Made by a program: the position numbers and the translations under genes. Below are positions 29,613-39,542 of a stretch of 64,000 nucleotides of DNA, piece after piece (the first letter of the stretch is position 1; each line of letters starts with the position of its first letter). A model generated the notes under the pieces. The model made no database searches and was not told where the DNA came from. It saw only the letters and a program-made list of their open reading frames with translations. The stretch is from the IMG/VR virus record IMGVR_UViG_3300021961_005592, positions 32,001 to 96,000 of that record; one strand, given 5' to 3'. This stretch comes from a virus.

Positions 29613-30797
29613 ATGGCAGGAAAGTTCTATCACATTGAACAAACAAAAAATCAGTTGCCGTTACTAGCAACTGATTTTTATTTTATAAACCCACAAATGA
29701 TTTTAAATACTTCTCAACATAGAGAAGCTATTTTAGAATCTTTAGATAGCAGTACAAAAACAAGCTTATTGTTTGGCTTACATATGAATCCGGGTAGCGT
29801 ATATCCTCGATTTAACAGGAATAACTTTTTTTATAAAGTCTCAACTATTCCTACATATAGTTTTTTACCTAATTTACATAATAAAAGAGTTTTAGACTTT
29901 TCTGATATTACAGATGCTAGGGCATTAGAGTTGGAAAGAAAGTCAAACAATGTTGACAATGTTTACCTTTTTTGGAGCGGCGGTATTGATTCTACAGTAA
30001 TACTTGCTGCGATACTAAAAAACTGGAAGAATGAAAATCTTGAAAAGCTAGTAGTTGTACTAAATCAATACAGTATTGACGAAAACAAAAACATGTATGA
30101 AAATTATATACATGCTAAACTAAAAACAGAATCAACGGATAAATTTTTTAACGGAGAATTAAATTTTTCTGATGAAAATATCTATGTTGACGGTAACGTT
30201 GGTGATACTGTTTCTTATTTGATGTTAGAGCATTTTGATTCTAAGTATCCGGGATATTATAACAAGCCGTGGAAAAAACACATAAACATTTTAATAGAAC
30301 ATTTTAGTGAATACGAAACTATTGAACATGGTAGAGATACATACAAGAAAATTGTTAGATCATTAAGTGAAAACAAGTTTGAAGTTGAAACAATTTATGA
30401 TTTTTTATGGTGGATGACATTTAACTGGTTACATGATAAATTATTATACAATATACTTTGGCAATACACTCCTTGCTTTAATAGAAATACAGACATTAAA
30501 AAGTTTTTAGAAGAAAACATGTTCCAATGGTTTAACAGTAACGATTACCAAGATTGGATGGTATCATCAATTAGTACTAGTTTAAGAATAGGCGACAATA
30601 TAACAACTAATAAATTGGCATACAAGAAGTATATATTTGATTTTGACAAGAATTTGGAATATTTTAAATACAAACAAAAAGAGTACTCGACACCAAAGAA
30701 TAAAGTTAAGGACAGTCATATCATACTGTGTGGAATAGACACAGAGTATAATTACTATTATAGGTACACTCATGAGAAAATATGGCCTCCTAAATGA
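29613..30797 (+). CDS. Asparagine-synthetase-like PP-loop ATPase
   Basis: FWSGGIDS, YVDGNVGD, FLWWMTFNW; paralog of 28139. Confidence 0.75.
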   Translation: MAGKFYHIEQTKNQLPLLATDFYFINPQMILNTSQHREAILESLDSSTKTSLLFGLHMNPGSVYPRFNRNNFFYKVSTIPTYSFLPNLHNKRVLDFSDITDARALELERKSNNVDNVYLFWSGGIDSTVILAAILKNWKNENLEKLVVVLNQYSIDENKNMYENYIHAKLKTESTDKFFNGELNFSDENIYVDGNVGDTVSYLMLEHFDSKYPGYYNKPWKKHINILIEHFSEYETIEHGRDTYKKIVRSLSENKFEVETIYDFLWWMTFNWLHDKLLYNILWQYTPCFNRNTDIKKFLEENMFQWFNSNDYQDWMVSSISTSLRIGDNITTNKLAYKKYIFDFDKNLEYFKYKQKEYSTPKNKVKDSHIILCGIDTEYNYYYRYTHEKIWPPK

Positions 30798-31960
30798 GTA
30801 TTTTAAAAAGACCCCCCGGTGACTTATTCACTTTTAGATTGTTTTTTAATTTAACGTCTAAAATAAAAATTCCACACGATAAGTTTTATTTTTGGTCAGT
30901 ATGCATTGATCCAAACTTTAAAAAAATTTCTTATTTTATAGGATCGCAACAATTTTACGAAGACGAAATATTATATAGAAATATTATAATGTCTTCAATA
31001 AATACCGATTTAATCATTTTAGGAATAAAAGATCATCTCACTGGAAGTGATTTTAATCCATTGACATCTAAATATACAGATATGTCGGTGTGGTTAAAGC
31101 AAATGGCTCAATATTATAGACATAAGAAAATTATATTGTTTACTAGTTTAGAAAATCTTAATCTTGATGAACCTAACATTATAGTTATTCCATGGGGCGG
31201 CGATATTACCAATCATCAATATGAATATCAAAAATTAAACCCCGTGTTAGAAAAAAATTTAGACAGCAAAAATACTTTTTTAAGTCTTAATAGAAATAAA
31301 AGAACACATAGAGCTATGCTAGTTTCGTTGTTGTATGGTCTTAACCTACAGAATAACGGATTAATATCTTGTATGTTTAAAGATAATCTAGATAACTTAT
31401 TTGAGTATACAAAATGGCAGGTATTAAATTCTAATGTGTACTTAACAGGGTTTAATGATTTTAAAACGTCAACATTACCAATAAATGATGGCCCAGACAT
31501 ATATCATAATCATAATAATGACAACGTGTCTAATTTTAAAAATAGTTTAACAAAATATTATGAAAATACATTTGTAGAAATTGTAAGTGAAACTAGCTAT
31601 ACAGAACCATGCTATAACTTAACTGAAAAAACTTTGAATAGTATCTATGGATGCTGTTTTCCAATATTGTTATGCAGTAAAGGCAGTGTTAAATTTTTAA
31701 GAGAAATGGGTTTAGATGTTTTTGATGACGTTGTAGACCATAGCTATGATGAAATAGACGATCCTGCCCTTAGGCTAGAAACAGCAATTAAAAACAATAT
31801 CGAGTTGTTAACTAACAATACAAAAACTAAACAGTTATGGATTCAAAATAAAGATAGATTTTTAAAAAATGTTGACTTTTGCAAAGAAAGAATGTATAAT
31901 TTTTATTATAATAGAGCCAAAGATCTATTTTTGGAGTTAATACCTCATGATAACATATAA
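30794..31960 (+). CDS. Putative GT-B glycosyltransferase, paralog 3 of 4
   Basis: FLSLNRNKRTHR, EIVSET, LTEKT, GLDVFDDVVDHSYD. Confidence 0.5.
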   Translation: MSILKRPPGDLFTFRLFFNLTSKIKIPHDKFYFWSVCIDPNFKKISYFIGSQQFYEDEILYRNIIMSSINTDLIILGIKDHLTGSDFNPLTSKYTDMSVWLKQMAQYYRHKKIILFTSLENLNLDEPNIIVIPWGGDITNHQYEYQKLNPVLEKNLDSKNTFLSLNRNKRTHRAMLVSLLYGLNLQNNGLISCMFKDNLDNLFEYTKWQVLNSNVYLTGFNDFKTSTLPINDGPDIYHNHNNDNVSNFKNSLTKYYENTFVEIVSETSYTEPCYNLTEKTLNSIYGCCFPILLCSKGSVKFLREMGLDVFDDVVDHSYDEIDDPALRLETAIKNNIELLTNNTKTKQLWIQNKDRFLKNVDFCKERMYNFYYNRAKDLFLELIPHDNI

Positions 31961-32576
31961 AGATGACGATTCATTTTTTACAACTGTTTTTCCTCCGTTT
32001 ATTCACCACGGTTTGCTTATTAAGCAATGGCTTACTCGGAACGAAAACTCAAAATTTAGATATATTAGAGATAAGGAAATTGAAGACTATTTCTATAATG
32101 TAGAACAAATAAATGAAATTTATCCTGGCATTAAAACTATAGGCATGGTTTTAAATCCGTGGAATAGGATATCATATGCATATAGAACCTTATCTTATAT
32201 GAAGGAAACTGGATTCAACAATTATAGCATAAATTTTGATTTTCTAAAATTAGATACTTTTACCAAGTTTGTAGAAAGTTTAAATAGTAGTGCTGTTGTA
32301 GAGCCGTTTACTTTTTCCTTATCAGAATCGCAACATAGTTGGTTTAACAGAGGAGAGCTTAAAGCAACTTATGTTCTACGAGCTGAATTTATAGAAGAAG
32401 ACTTCAAAGAAATTAAAGAGTATTTTTGTTCTGATACGCCGCTAGTAAACAAGACAATGCTAGAACTAAGCAATCTTACACTGCCTGAATACAAAGAATA
32501 TTATACTGACTATACAAAGGCAATTGTTGCACAAGTATTTAAAGAAGACATTGAACAGTATGGATATGAATTTTAA
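31947..32576 (+). CDS. Sulfotransferase-like protein (Sulfotransfer_2 type, divergent)
   Basis: VLNPWNRISYAY (3'-PB-like) and C-terminal YKEYY...VAQVFKEDIEQYGYEF; the 5'-PSB PKxxxT motif is not evident. Confidence 0.6.
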   Translation: MITYKDDDSFFTTVFPPFIHHGLLIKQWLTRNENSKFRYIRDKEIEDYFYNVEQINEIYPGIKTIGMVLNPWNRISYAYRTLSYMKETGFNNYSINFDFLKLDTFTKFVESLNSSAVVEPFTFSLSESQHSWFNRGELKATYVLRAEFIEEDFKEIKEYFCSDTPLVNKTMLELSNLTLPEYKEYYTDYTKAIVAQVFKEDIEQYGYEF

Positions 32577-32578
32577 AT

Positions 32579-33265
32579 ATGTATGATATTGTATTCATAT
32601 CCTACAATGAGGAAAATGCAGAAAAAAATTGGGCAGTTTTAAAGTCAAAGTTCCCAATGGCTAAACGTGTAGATGGCGTTAAAGGAATTCATCAAGCACA
32701 TAAAGTTGCAGCAAAAAAATGTTTTACAAAAATGTTTTGGGTAGTTGATGCAGATGCTGTTATATTAGATAGTTTTAATTTTGATTATGTTGTTCCCGAA
32801 TGGGATTTAGATGCTGTACATGTCTGGCGTAGCATCAATCCTGTTAATGATTTAACTTATGGTTATGGCGGCGTAAAACTATTGCCTAGAACACTTACAC
32901 TAAACATGAATACAAAAAATCCAGATATGACCACAAGCATATCTTCTAAATTTATAGCAGTCCCAGACGTTTCAAACATTACTGCATTTAATACAGATCC
33001 GTTTAGCACATGGCGTAGTGCATTTAGAGAGTGCTGTAAGTTGGCAAGTAAAACTATAGATAGGCAAAACAATGAAGAAACAGATGCAAGACTCAGTAGA
33101 TGGTGTTCAGACTACGGAAGAGATCGGCCTTTTGGAGATTATGCAATCTCTGGCGCCCGCGCTGGCCGTCTTTATGGCGTGGCTAATAGTACTAATAGTG
33201 ATGCTCTTAGGCTAATAAATGACTTTGATTGGTTAAAGGAACAGTTTGATGCAACGGGTATCTGA
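32579..33265 (+). CDS. GT2-like (GT-A) glycosyltransferase
   Basis: DIVFISYNE, RVDGVKGIH, WVVDADA, YGYGGVK, TWRSAFRE. Confidence 0.7.
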   Translation: MYDIVFISYNEENAEKNWAVLKSKFPMAKRVDGVKGIHQAHKVAAKKCFTKMFWVVDADAVILDSFNFDYVVPEWDLDAVHVWRSINPVNDLTYGYGGVKLLPRTLTLNMNTKNPDMTTSISSKFIAVPDVSNITAFNTDPFSTWRSAFRECCKLASKTIDRQNNEETDARLSRWCSDYGRDRPFGDYAISGARAGRLYGVANSTNSDALRLINDFDWLKEQFDATGI

Positions 33266-34307
33266 CATTAAATCAGTTCATATTGAATTGACAGATAAAT
33301 GTCAAGCACAATGCCCTATGTGCGCAAGGAATTATAATGGCGGCCCCACACGTCCTTTCATCCAAAACAAAGATATTAGTATTGATCAGTTTAAAGAATG
33401 GTTTCCTAAAAAGTTTCTTGCACAGTTGACAAAATTCTATAGTTGTGGTAACTACGGTGACCCTGCATTTGCACGAGATTGTTTAGAAATTTATTCTTAT
33501 GTAAGGGAATGTAATCCTACAACTAGACTCTCGATCCATACAAACGGAGGAATGAGAAATCCAGAATGGTGGAGCAAACTTCCTCAATATAACATTGAAG
33601 TAGTGTTTGCTGTTGATGGATTTAAAGGAAAGCACGAAGTTTATCGTAAAAATACTAACTTTGATAAAGTTATTGAAAACATGACTGCATTTATTAATGC
33701 TGGAGGATATGCTATAGTTGACAGTCTTGTATTTGCCCATAACGAACATGATGTAGACAAACTTGAACAATACTTACTCAATTTAGGTGTTCGTAAGGTA
33801 AATTTTATTAGTACAACTCGATTCTATAACATGACTGAGTATGAAGTATATGATACTAACAAAAACATTGAATATAAAATTTATCCGGCTACACTACCCC
33901 AATACAAACGAAAAACAAACTTTAGCTTAGATTTATTAACTAGTAATGTGGGAAAAGAACAAATTTCACGATCGTCAAACATTAACCCTGTTTGCGAAAA
34001 TCAAAAAGAAGTTTATATTGATCCGCACGGCAATATTTTACCTTGTTGCTGGATAGGCAGTGATTATTTAGAAGAACATGTTGAAGAAACACTACCTATA
34101 CATCATTTAAGAAATTTAATTTTAAGCCAAACAAAAGAAATATTAAAAGTTGTAGGCATACCAAAATGCCAAGATGGTATTCTAAAAAATTCTAATTTAT
34201 TATTATTTGAAAGGTTTAATGACTTTTGGCAAGGAGATAATAAGTGCATGACGTGTGTTAAAAATTGTTCTAGTGCAATATTTTCAATTAGGAAAAACAG
34301 TGTCTAA
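33249..34307 (+). CDS. Radical SAM protein with C-terminal SPASM/twitch domain
   Basis: CQAQCPMC, CGNYGDP, HTNGG; C-terminal C...YIDPHGNILPCC...CMTCVKNC. Confidence 0.9.
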   Translation: MQRVSDIKSVHIELTDKCQAQCPMCARNYNGGPTRPFIQNKDISIDQFKEWFPKKFLAQLTKFYSCGNYGDPAFARDCLEIYSYVRECNPTTRLSIHTNGGMRNPEWWSKLPQYNIEVVFAVDGFKGKHEVYRKNTNFDKVIENMTAFINAGGYAIVDSLVFAHNEHDVDKLEQYLLNLGVRKVNFISTTRFYNMTEYEVYDTNKNIEYKIYPATLPQYKRKTNFSLDLLTSNVGKEQISRSSNINPVCENQKEVYIDPHGNILPCCWIGSDYLEEHVEETLPIHHLRNLILSQTKEILKVVGIPKCQDGILKNSNLLLFERFNDFWQGDNKCMTCVKNCSSAIFSIRKNSV

Positions 34308-35277
34308 TATTCCTTTTGATGACATAGTACGATTTGGCCAAAAGACACTTTTAGAGAGCCATCTTTTTACAGTCTCATGGATCTTGGCTAGATTTTGTAA
34401 TTATAACTGCTCTTATTGCTGGCCTTACGCAAGATCTAGTACCCCTGACCACCAAGAACTAGGAATTTACTTAAATGCACTAAACAGTATCAAGGCACAG
34501 GCCAGAGCAAACGGTTTTACAGATTTCCATTTTAGTTTTAGTGGCGGCGAACCTACTGCTTATAAATACTTTGGGGAGCTCATAGAGCATTACTGTAGTG
34601 ATACAGTACCCGAATATCAAAGCATACACATGACCACAAACCTAAGTCCAGGAAGCAAATGGTGGACACAGTGGTTAAAAACAACAGAGTCACTTCAGCG
34701 TAGAAGTATAACAGCAAGTTATCACGCTGAATTTGCCAAAGAACAGGAGTTTGGAGACAAGTGTCTTCAGTTAATTAATGATGGCGTATTTGTTACAATT
34801 AATCAAGTTATGGTTCCAGAAATGTTTGACGAACTATATGAACGTTTACAGAGATTTGCCGCTAGGGGCATTAATGTCACACTCAAGCCCCAGTCCGATC
34901 CTACTGCCTCCTTTGTGGTACCTGGATACAGCAATGAACAAATTAATGTCATGCGAACAGGATTTCCTCAACAATGGGGAGGAGAGTATATTGCACAAAT
35001 TGCCCTCTACGACAAAGACGGACGAGAGTACGAATTAGATCAAGCAGAACGATTTAATGCTTTTGGTTTTAATAAGTTCAAAGGATGGACATGTAATGCA
35101 GGATATCAGGGTATTGTAATACGCGGCAACGAAGTTAAACGCAGTTATAGTTGTCACGATAAACCAATTGGAACATTAAACGGCGGCTTCAAAATATTTC
35201 AAGAACCTAGCGTTTGTATAACACCGTCGTGTGTTAGCTCTGCAGACAGCAAGTTACCAAAGGTAAGGAATGTCTAA
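34300..35277 (+). CDS. Radical SAM protein with C-terminal twitch domain (GTG start)
   Basis: CNYNCSYC, SGGEP, GWTCNAG...SC...C...C; AGGA upstream of GTG 34300. Confidence 0.9.
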   Translation: MSNIPFDDIVRFGQKTLLESHLFTVSWILARFCNYNCSYCWPYARSSTPDHQELGIYLNALNSIKAQARANGFTDFHFSFSGGEPTAYKYFGELIEHYCSDTVPEYQSIHMTTNLSPGSKWWTQWLKTTESLQRRSITASYHAEFAKEQEFGDKCLQLINDGVFVTINQVMVPEMFDELYERLQRFAARGINVTLKPQSDPTASFVVPGYSNEQINVMRTGFPQQWGGEYIAQIALYDKDGREYELDQAERFNAFGFNKFKGWTCNAGYQGIVIRGNEVKRSYSCHDKPIGTLNGGFKIFQEPSVCITPSCVSSADSKLPKVRNV

Positions 35278-36019
35278 ATTTGGAATATTAGGTTACGGGT
35301 TTGTTGGTAAAGCAACCCATAAAGGCATCCTTAACAATTCTGATAGTGTAATTGTTCATGATATTTTGCTTAACACTAATAAAAACAATTTAAGAAGTGC
35401 AAGTACTGTTTTTGTTTGTTTGCCGACAAACACTGATGCCGACATTGAAACAATGATTCAAGAAATATTAGAATTACAGTTTCTCAATCCTGATGTGCAA
35501 ATTATTATTCGTAGCACTTTGCCATTGGGCGCATGTAAAAAAATTCAAGAAAAAGTAGGACCAATTATATACATCCCAGAATTTTTACGAGAACGATTTT
35601 GGGACACTGACTGTTTAAACAGACCGTTAGTTGTTGGACATGATATGATAGAATTGTTACCAACTTGGCTAAAAGAAGAAGATATTATAACATGTTCTAC
35701 AGTAGAAGCAGAAATGTTAAAAATGTTTTCAAATAACTTTGCAATAGTGCGTATTGTATTTGCAAATATGTTTTATGACTTATCAAACAGTCTTGATGTA
35801 AATTATGATACAATTAAAGACATGTTTTTTAGGGTACAGCCGAATCAAACGTACTTAGAAGTTCCAGGCCATGACGGTAATCAAGGATTTGGTGGAAAAT
35901 GTTTGCCTAAAGACTTAGACTTTTTTATAGAAACATTAGATCAACATGGTCTAGACTCGAATTGGTTTAAATATATTAAACTTTTAAACAAAACCTGGAA
36001 GGAAAAGAATAATGAATAA
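35270..36019 (+). CDS. Short UDP-glucose dehydrogenase family protein lacking the C-terminal domain
   Basis: GYGFVG, VCLPT, IRST, PEFLRE, GFGGKCLPKD; only 249 aa. Confidence 0.85.
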   Translation: MSKFGILGYGFVGKATHKGILNNSDSVIVHDILLNTNKNNLRSASTVFVCLPTNTDADIETMIQEILELQFLNPDVQIIIRSTLPLGACKKIQEKVGPIIYIPEFLRERFWDTDCLNRPLVVGHDMIELLPTWLKEEDIITCSTVEAEMLKMFSNNFAIVRIVFANMFYDLSNSLDVNYDTIKDMFFRVQPNQTYLEVPGHDGNQGFGGKCLPKDLDFFIETLDQHGLDSNWFKYIKLLNKTWKEKNNE

Positions 36020-36638
36020 CGATTTTCCTATAAAAATAGACATAGAAGATGTGCTTTTTTGGATGGATGCTATTCGTAATAGTGAAGATCGATATCGTAC
36101 ACTTGAGAGTTTTTGGAAGGGACAAGTAAGAAGCAAACTTTGGCTCATAGATAAACTTAATGTTACTATAAATGCTTATCCTAAAAAGATAGTGATACAC
36201 GGTGGCTGGAATGGAGTACTAGCAAGTTTACTCTTTAATAGTAGAATGCTGAGTATAAGTCATATTACAAGTGTTGATATAGATCCTGTATGCGAAACAA
36301 TTGCTAGTACAGTAAACAAGCGACAAGAAATGGAAGGACGTTTTAAAGCAGTAACAGCAGACATGTGTTCTTTTGAATATGAATATGAACCAGAAGTTGT
36401 TATTAATACAAGTTGCGAACACATAACGCAAGATCAGTACGAGCAGTGGTTAAATAAAGTTCCTAATAATGCGTGGGTTGTTTTACAAAGCAATAATTAC
36501 TTTGATTTAGATGAACACATACGATGTTCAGTTGACATTGATGATTTTATTCATATGTCACAAATTAAACCGTCTTACAGAGGAACATTTGATACTCCTA
36601 AGTATAAAAGATTTATGATTATAGGAAAAAAGAAATAA
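36012..36638 (+). CDS. Class I SAM-dependent methyltransferase
   Basis: VIHGGWNG motif I, SVDID, TADM, INTSCEH. Confidence 0.75.
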   Translation: MNNDFPIKIDIEDVLFWMDAIRNSEDRYRTLESFWKGQVRSKLWLIDKLNVTINAYPKKIVIHGGWNGVLASLLFNSRMLSISHITSVDIDPVCETIASTVNKRQEMEGRFKAVTADMCSFEYEYEPEVVINTSCEHITQDQYEQWLNKVPNNAWVVLQSNNYFDLDEHIRCSVDIDDFIHMSQIKPSYRGTFDTPKYKRFMIIGKKK

Positions 36639-37201
36639 TGTACAAAATAGTTCCGTTTACTGACGATCTAGATTTAGAAGATTTTTACAAAACAGCAGCA
36701 GAAAAAGGCTTTAAAAATAACACCAGCCGTTTTTGGTTAAAAGATTGTTTTCGAAACGAAGCAGAAAGTGAGACATGGATATTGTATTATAACGATGTAG
36801 CAGTAGGTAGTGTAGCAGCACATTCGTTTCCAGAAATGGGGGAAAACGCATATCGTATTGCTGCTCGTACTTGTGTATTTACAGACAAACTTGGCGGTTC
36901 ATATGCTAACCGTTTAAGAAATATAGACGTTATTACAAAGGGACAAAATCCAACGTCACAATTTTTAATACCAGCTTGCATTGAATGGGCCGGTAGAGAT
37001 AAAGATCTCTACATTACATCAAATGAACTTGAAGCAGGATCACAAAGATTAGTACATAAAATATTTTTTCCTGCATTAGTTAGAACAGGCCAGGCAGAAC
37101 ATATTTGTGAACTTGAATATCGAGGAGCTACACAGAGCGTGTGGAAATTAAATGTAGAAAAATTTTACAAAGTACTAGAGAAGTATGGAAAATGGCAATA
37201 G
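36638..37201 (+). CDS. Hypothetical protein, possible GNAT-fold acyltransferase
   Basis: Strand pattern WILYYNDVAVGSVAAH...YRIAARTCV resembles the GNAT core. Confidence 0.45.
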   Translation: MYKIVPFTDDLDLEDFYKTAAEKGFKNNTSRFWLKDCFRNEAESETWILYYNDVAVGSVAAHSFPEMGENAYRIAARTCVFTDKLGGSYANRLRNIDVITKGQNPTSQFLIPACIEWAGRDKDLYITSNELEAGSQRLVHKIFFPALVRTGQAEHICELEYRGATQSVWKLNVEKFYKVLEKYGKWQ

Positions 37202-38571
37202 ACAAATATAAAAAACAACTTGAAGAAATAACAGGGTCACCAACTTTTTGTATCTTGCCATGGATACACTTAGCTACTCGTCCTAACGGCGATATGAGAT
37301 TATGCTGTACTTCAAATGCTAGTGGAGCAGGTGTTGATCATAAAATTGGACTAGTTAAAAATGAAGACGGCCTTCCTGCAAATTTTGCAAAAACTTCACC
37401 GTTGGAAGCGTTCAATAACGAATATATGTGTAGTGTACGTAAAACTATGCTAGAAGGAAAAATACCAGCAAGCTGTACAGGATGCTTTAAAGAAGAAGAT
37501 CAGGGTATTGTAAGCAAGCGTATTTGGGAAACAGGGTTTTGGATACAAGACGAAGGTTTAGATGTTGAAGAATTAATACAACAAACAGCAGAAGATGGTA
37601 CTGTTCCTAGTCGTTTGCAATATTTAGATTTACGTTTAGGACATACATGTAATATTAAATGTGTAATGTGTTCACCGCATGACAGTAGTAAATGGGTAAG
37701 CGATTGGCAAAAACTTATACCAGTATTACAAGATCCTGAAGTCAAAAGTCAAATGACTTGGGATAAAAAAGAGTTTAATAATAAATGGTATGAAGAAGGA
37801 AAATTCTGGAACGAACTGTATGCACAGATACCCAATCTAAAACAAGTATACTTTGCAGGCGGCGAACCGCTAATGATTAAAGAACATAAAACTTTCTTAG
37901 AAGAAATTATTAGGCAGGGTTATGAAAAAAATATATTATTAAGATATAATTCAAACGGAATTCTTGTTGATGAAGCATTAATTGAATTATGGAGTAAATT
38001 TAAAAAAGTAAAATTTGCTGTAAGTATAGATGCTTGTTTTGAGAGAGACGAGTACATAAGATATCCAACAAATTTTAAAGACGTAGAGCGTACACTGCAT
38101 TTGCTTGATAACACACCTGACAATATTCATGTTAGTATAGCAACTGCTATACAAGTTTTTAATATAAAACACATACCTGATTTTATTAAATGGAAAGTAA
38201 ACAGTAATTTTAAAAAAATGAACATAGGAACAATTGACGGACACGTTATGGGCGGCGGCTTAGTTAATGCACACTTAGTACACATTCCTACCTTTCTTAA
38301 TATTGCAATACTTCCAAAAAAAGATAAACAAGAAGTACAGGACAAGTTTGACGAATTAAAACAGTGGTTGTGGGACAATTATACTCAAGACGATAATTTT
38401 TGGATTAAAAATCCAAAAGGTTGGAATCAGTGGGAAGGTATTTTAAATTTTATGCACAAGTACGACAATAGTCGACTACTGCCAGGTTTTAAAGAATATG
38501 TAAACAAACTAGATGCTATTAGAGGATTATGTGCAGCAAAAGTTTTTCCAGAGTTGGAACATTTATTATGA
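37192..38571 (+). CDS. Radical SAM protein with N-terminal twitch domain
   Basis: FCILPW...LCC...CTGC; CNIKCVMC; AGGEP; NSNG. Confidence 0.9.
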   Translation: MAIDKYKKQLEEITGSPTFCILPWIHLATRPNGDMRLCCTSNASGAGVDHKIGLVKNEDGLPANFAKTSPLEAFNNEYMCSVRKTMLEGKIPASCTGCFKEEDQGIVSKRIWETGFWIQDEGLDVEELIQQTAEDGTVPSRLQYLDLRLGHTCNIKCVMCSPHDSSKWVSDWQKLIPVLQDPEVKSQMTWDKKEFNNKWYEEGKFWNELYAQIPNLKQVYFAGGEPLMIKEHKTFLEEIIRQGYEKNILLRYNSNGILVDEALIELWSKFKKVKFAVSIDACFERDEYIRYPTNFKDVERTLHLLDNTPDNIHVSIATAIQVFNIKHIPDFIKWKVNSNFKKMNIGTIDGHVMGGGLVNAHLVHIPTFLNIAILPKKDKQEVQDKFDELKQWLWDNYTQDDNFWIKNPKGWNQWEGILNFMHKYDNSRLLPGFKEYVNKLDAIRGLCAAKVFPELEHLL

Positions 38572-39542
38572 ACAACATAATTAGAATAGAATCAAATATA
38601 CCAAAAGATATTTTAAGAATAGAGTTGTTCTTAAGTAATATGTGTAATTACAAGTGTTGGTATTGCTTTCCTGGATATCATGAAGGCGATACACCGTGGC
38701 CCAAGTTTGAAAGAATAAAAGATAATCTTAGCCATATTATTGATTACTATAAGCGTAACGGAAATAAACGTGAAATACATTTGCATATAATTGGCGGTGA
38801 GCCTACTCTATGGAAAGAGTTTGGTACGTTTGTAAAATATTTTAGTGAAGAACATAAGTGTGTTATTAGTATGAGTTCTAATGGAAGTAGAACCATACGA
38901 TGGTGGAACGAATATGGCGACTATGTTGATCATACTATGCTAAGTTGCCATCACGAAAGAGCTGATCCTGCACATATTGCAGAAGTTGGTGATATTTTAT
39001 ACACTAAAAATAAAACTGTAAATGGAATGGTGTTAATGGATCCAACTGTTTGGGATAAATGTGTTTCTATAGTTGAAGCACTAAAGAAAAGTAAGTACGA
39101 ATGGCCAATTACTGCACTTGAAGTACACAATGATAAACAAAAATATACACAGGAACAAAAAGACTATCTTAGCGATTCTTTAAAACGTTGGCCTAACAAA
39201 GAATATTGGCTTAGTGCTGAAAAGTTACCTAGAAATAATCCTACAATAATTTTTTCTGATACAACAGAGCAAGAAGTTCCACGCAATTGGTTATCATTAA
39301 ATAACAAAAATATTTTTACTGGATGGCAATGTAATATTGGAATAGATACATTTTTTATAGATAAAAATGGAGATATAAGGGGCGGCTGCGGACAACCGTT
39401 ATATAATATGGATTCTTTTTATAATATATATGATGAAGATTTTATTAACAAGTTTACGCCTAATTTAATTCCTACAATCTGTAAAAAGACAAGTGCTTGT
39501 GATTGTCAACCTGAAACTAACGCAAGGAAACAATTTTTATAA
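38568..39542 (+). CDS. Radical SAM protein with C-terminal twitch domain
   Basis: CNYKCWYC, GGEP, SSNGS, GWQCNIG...C...C...CDC. Confidence 0.9.
   Translation: MNNIIRIESNIPKDILRIELFLSNMCNYKCWYCFPGYHEGDTPWPKFERIKDNLSHIIDYYKRNGNKREIHLHIIGGEPTLWKEFGTFVKYFSEEHKCVISMSSNGSRTIRWWNEYGDYVDHTMLSCHHERADPAHIAEVGDILYTKNKTVNGMVLMDPTVWDKCVSIVEALKKSKYEWPITALEVHNDKQKYTQEQKDYLSDSLKRWPNKEYWLSAEKLPRNNPTIIFSDTTEQEVPRNWLSLNNKNIFTGWQCNIGIDTFFIDKNGDIRGGCGQPLYNMDSFYNIYDEDFINKFTPNLIPTICKKTSACDCQPETNARKQFL

Noticed and set aside
24101-30797. Lasso-peptide cluster
   Set aside because: Asn-synthetase-like genes are present, but no transglutaminase-like B protein, RRE or typical precursor is recognisable.
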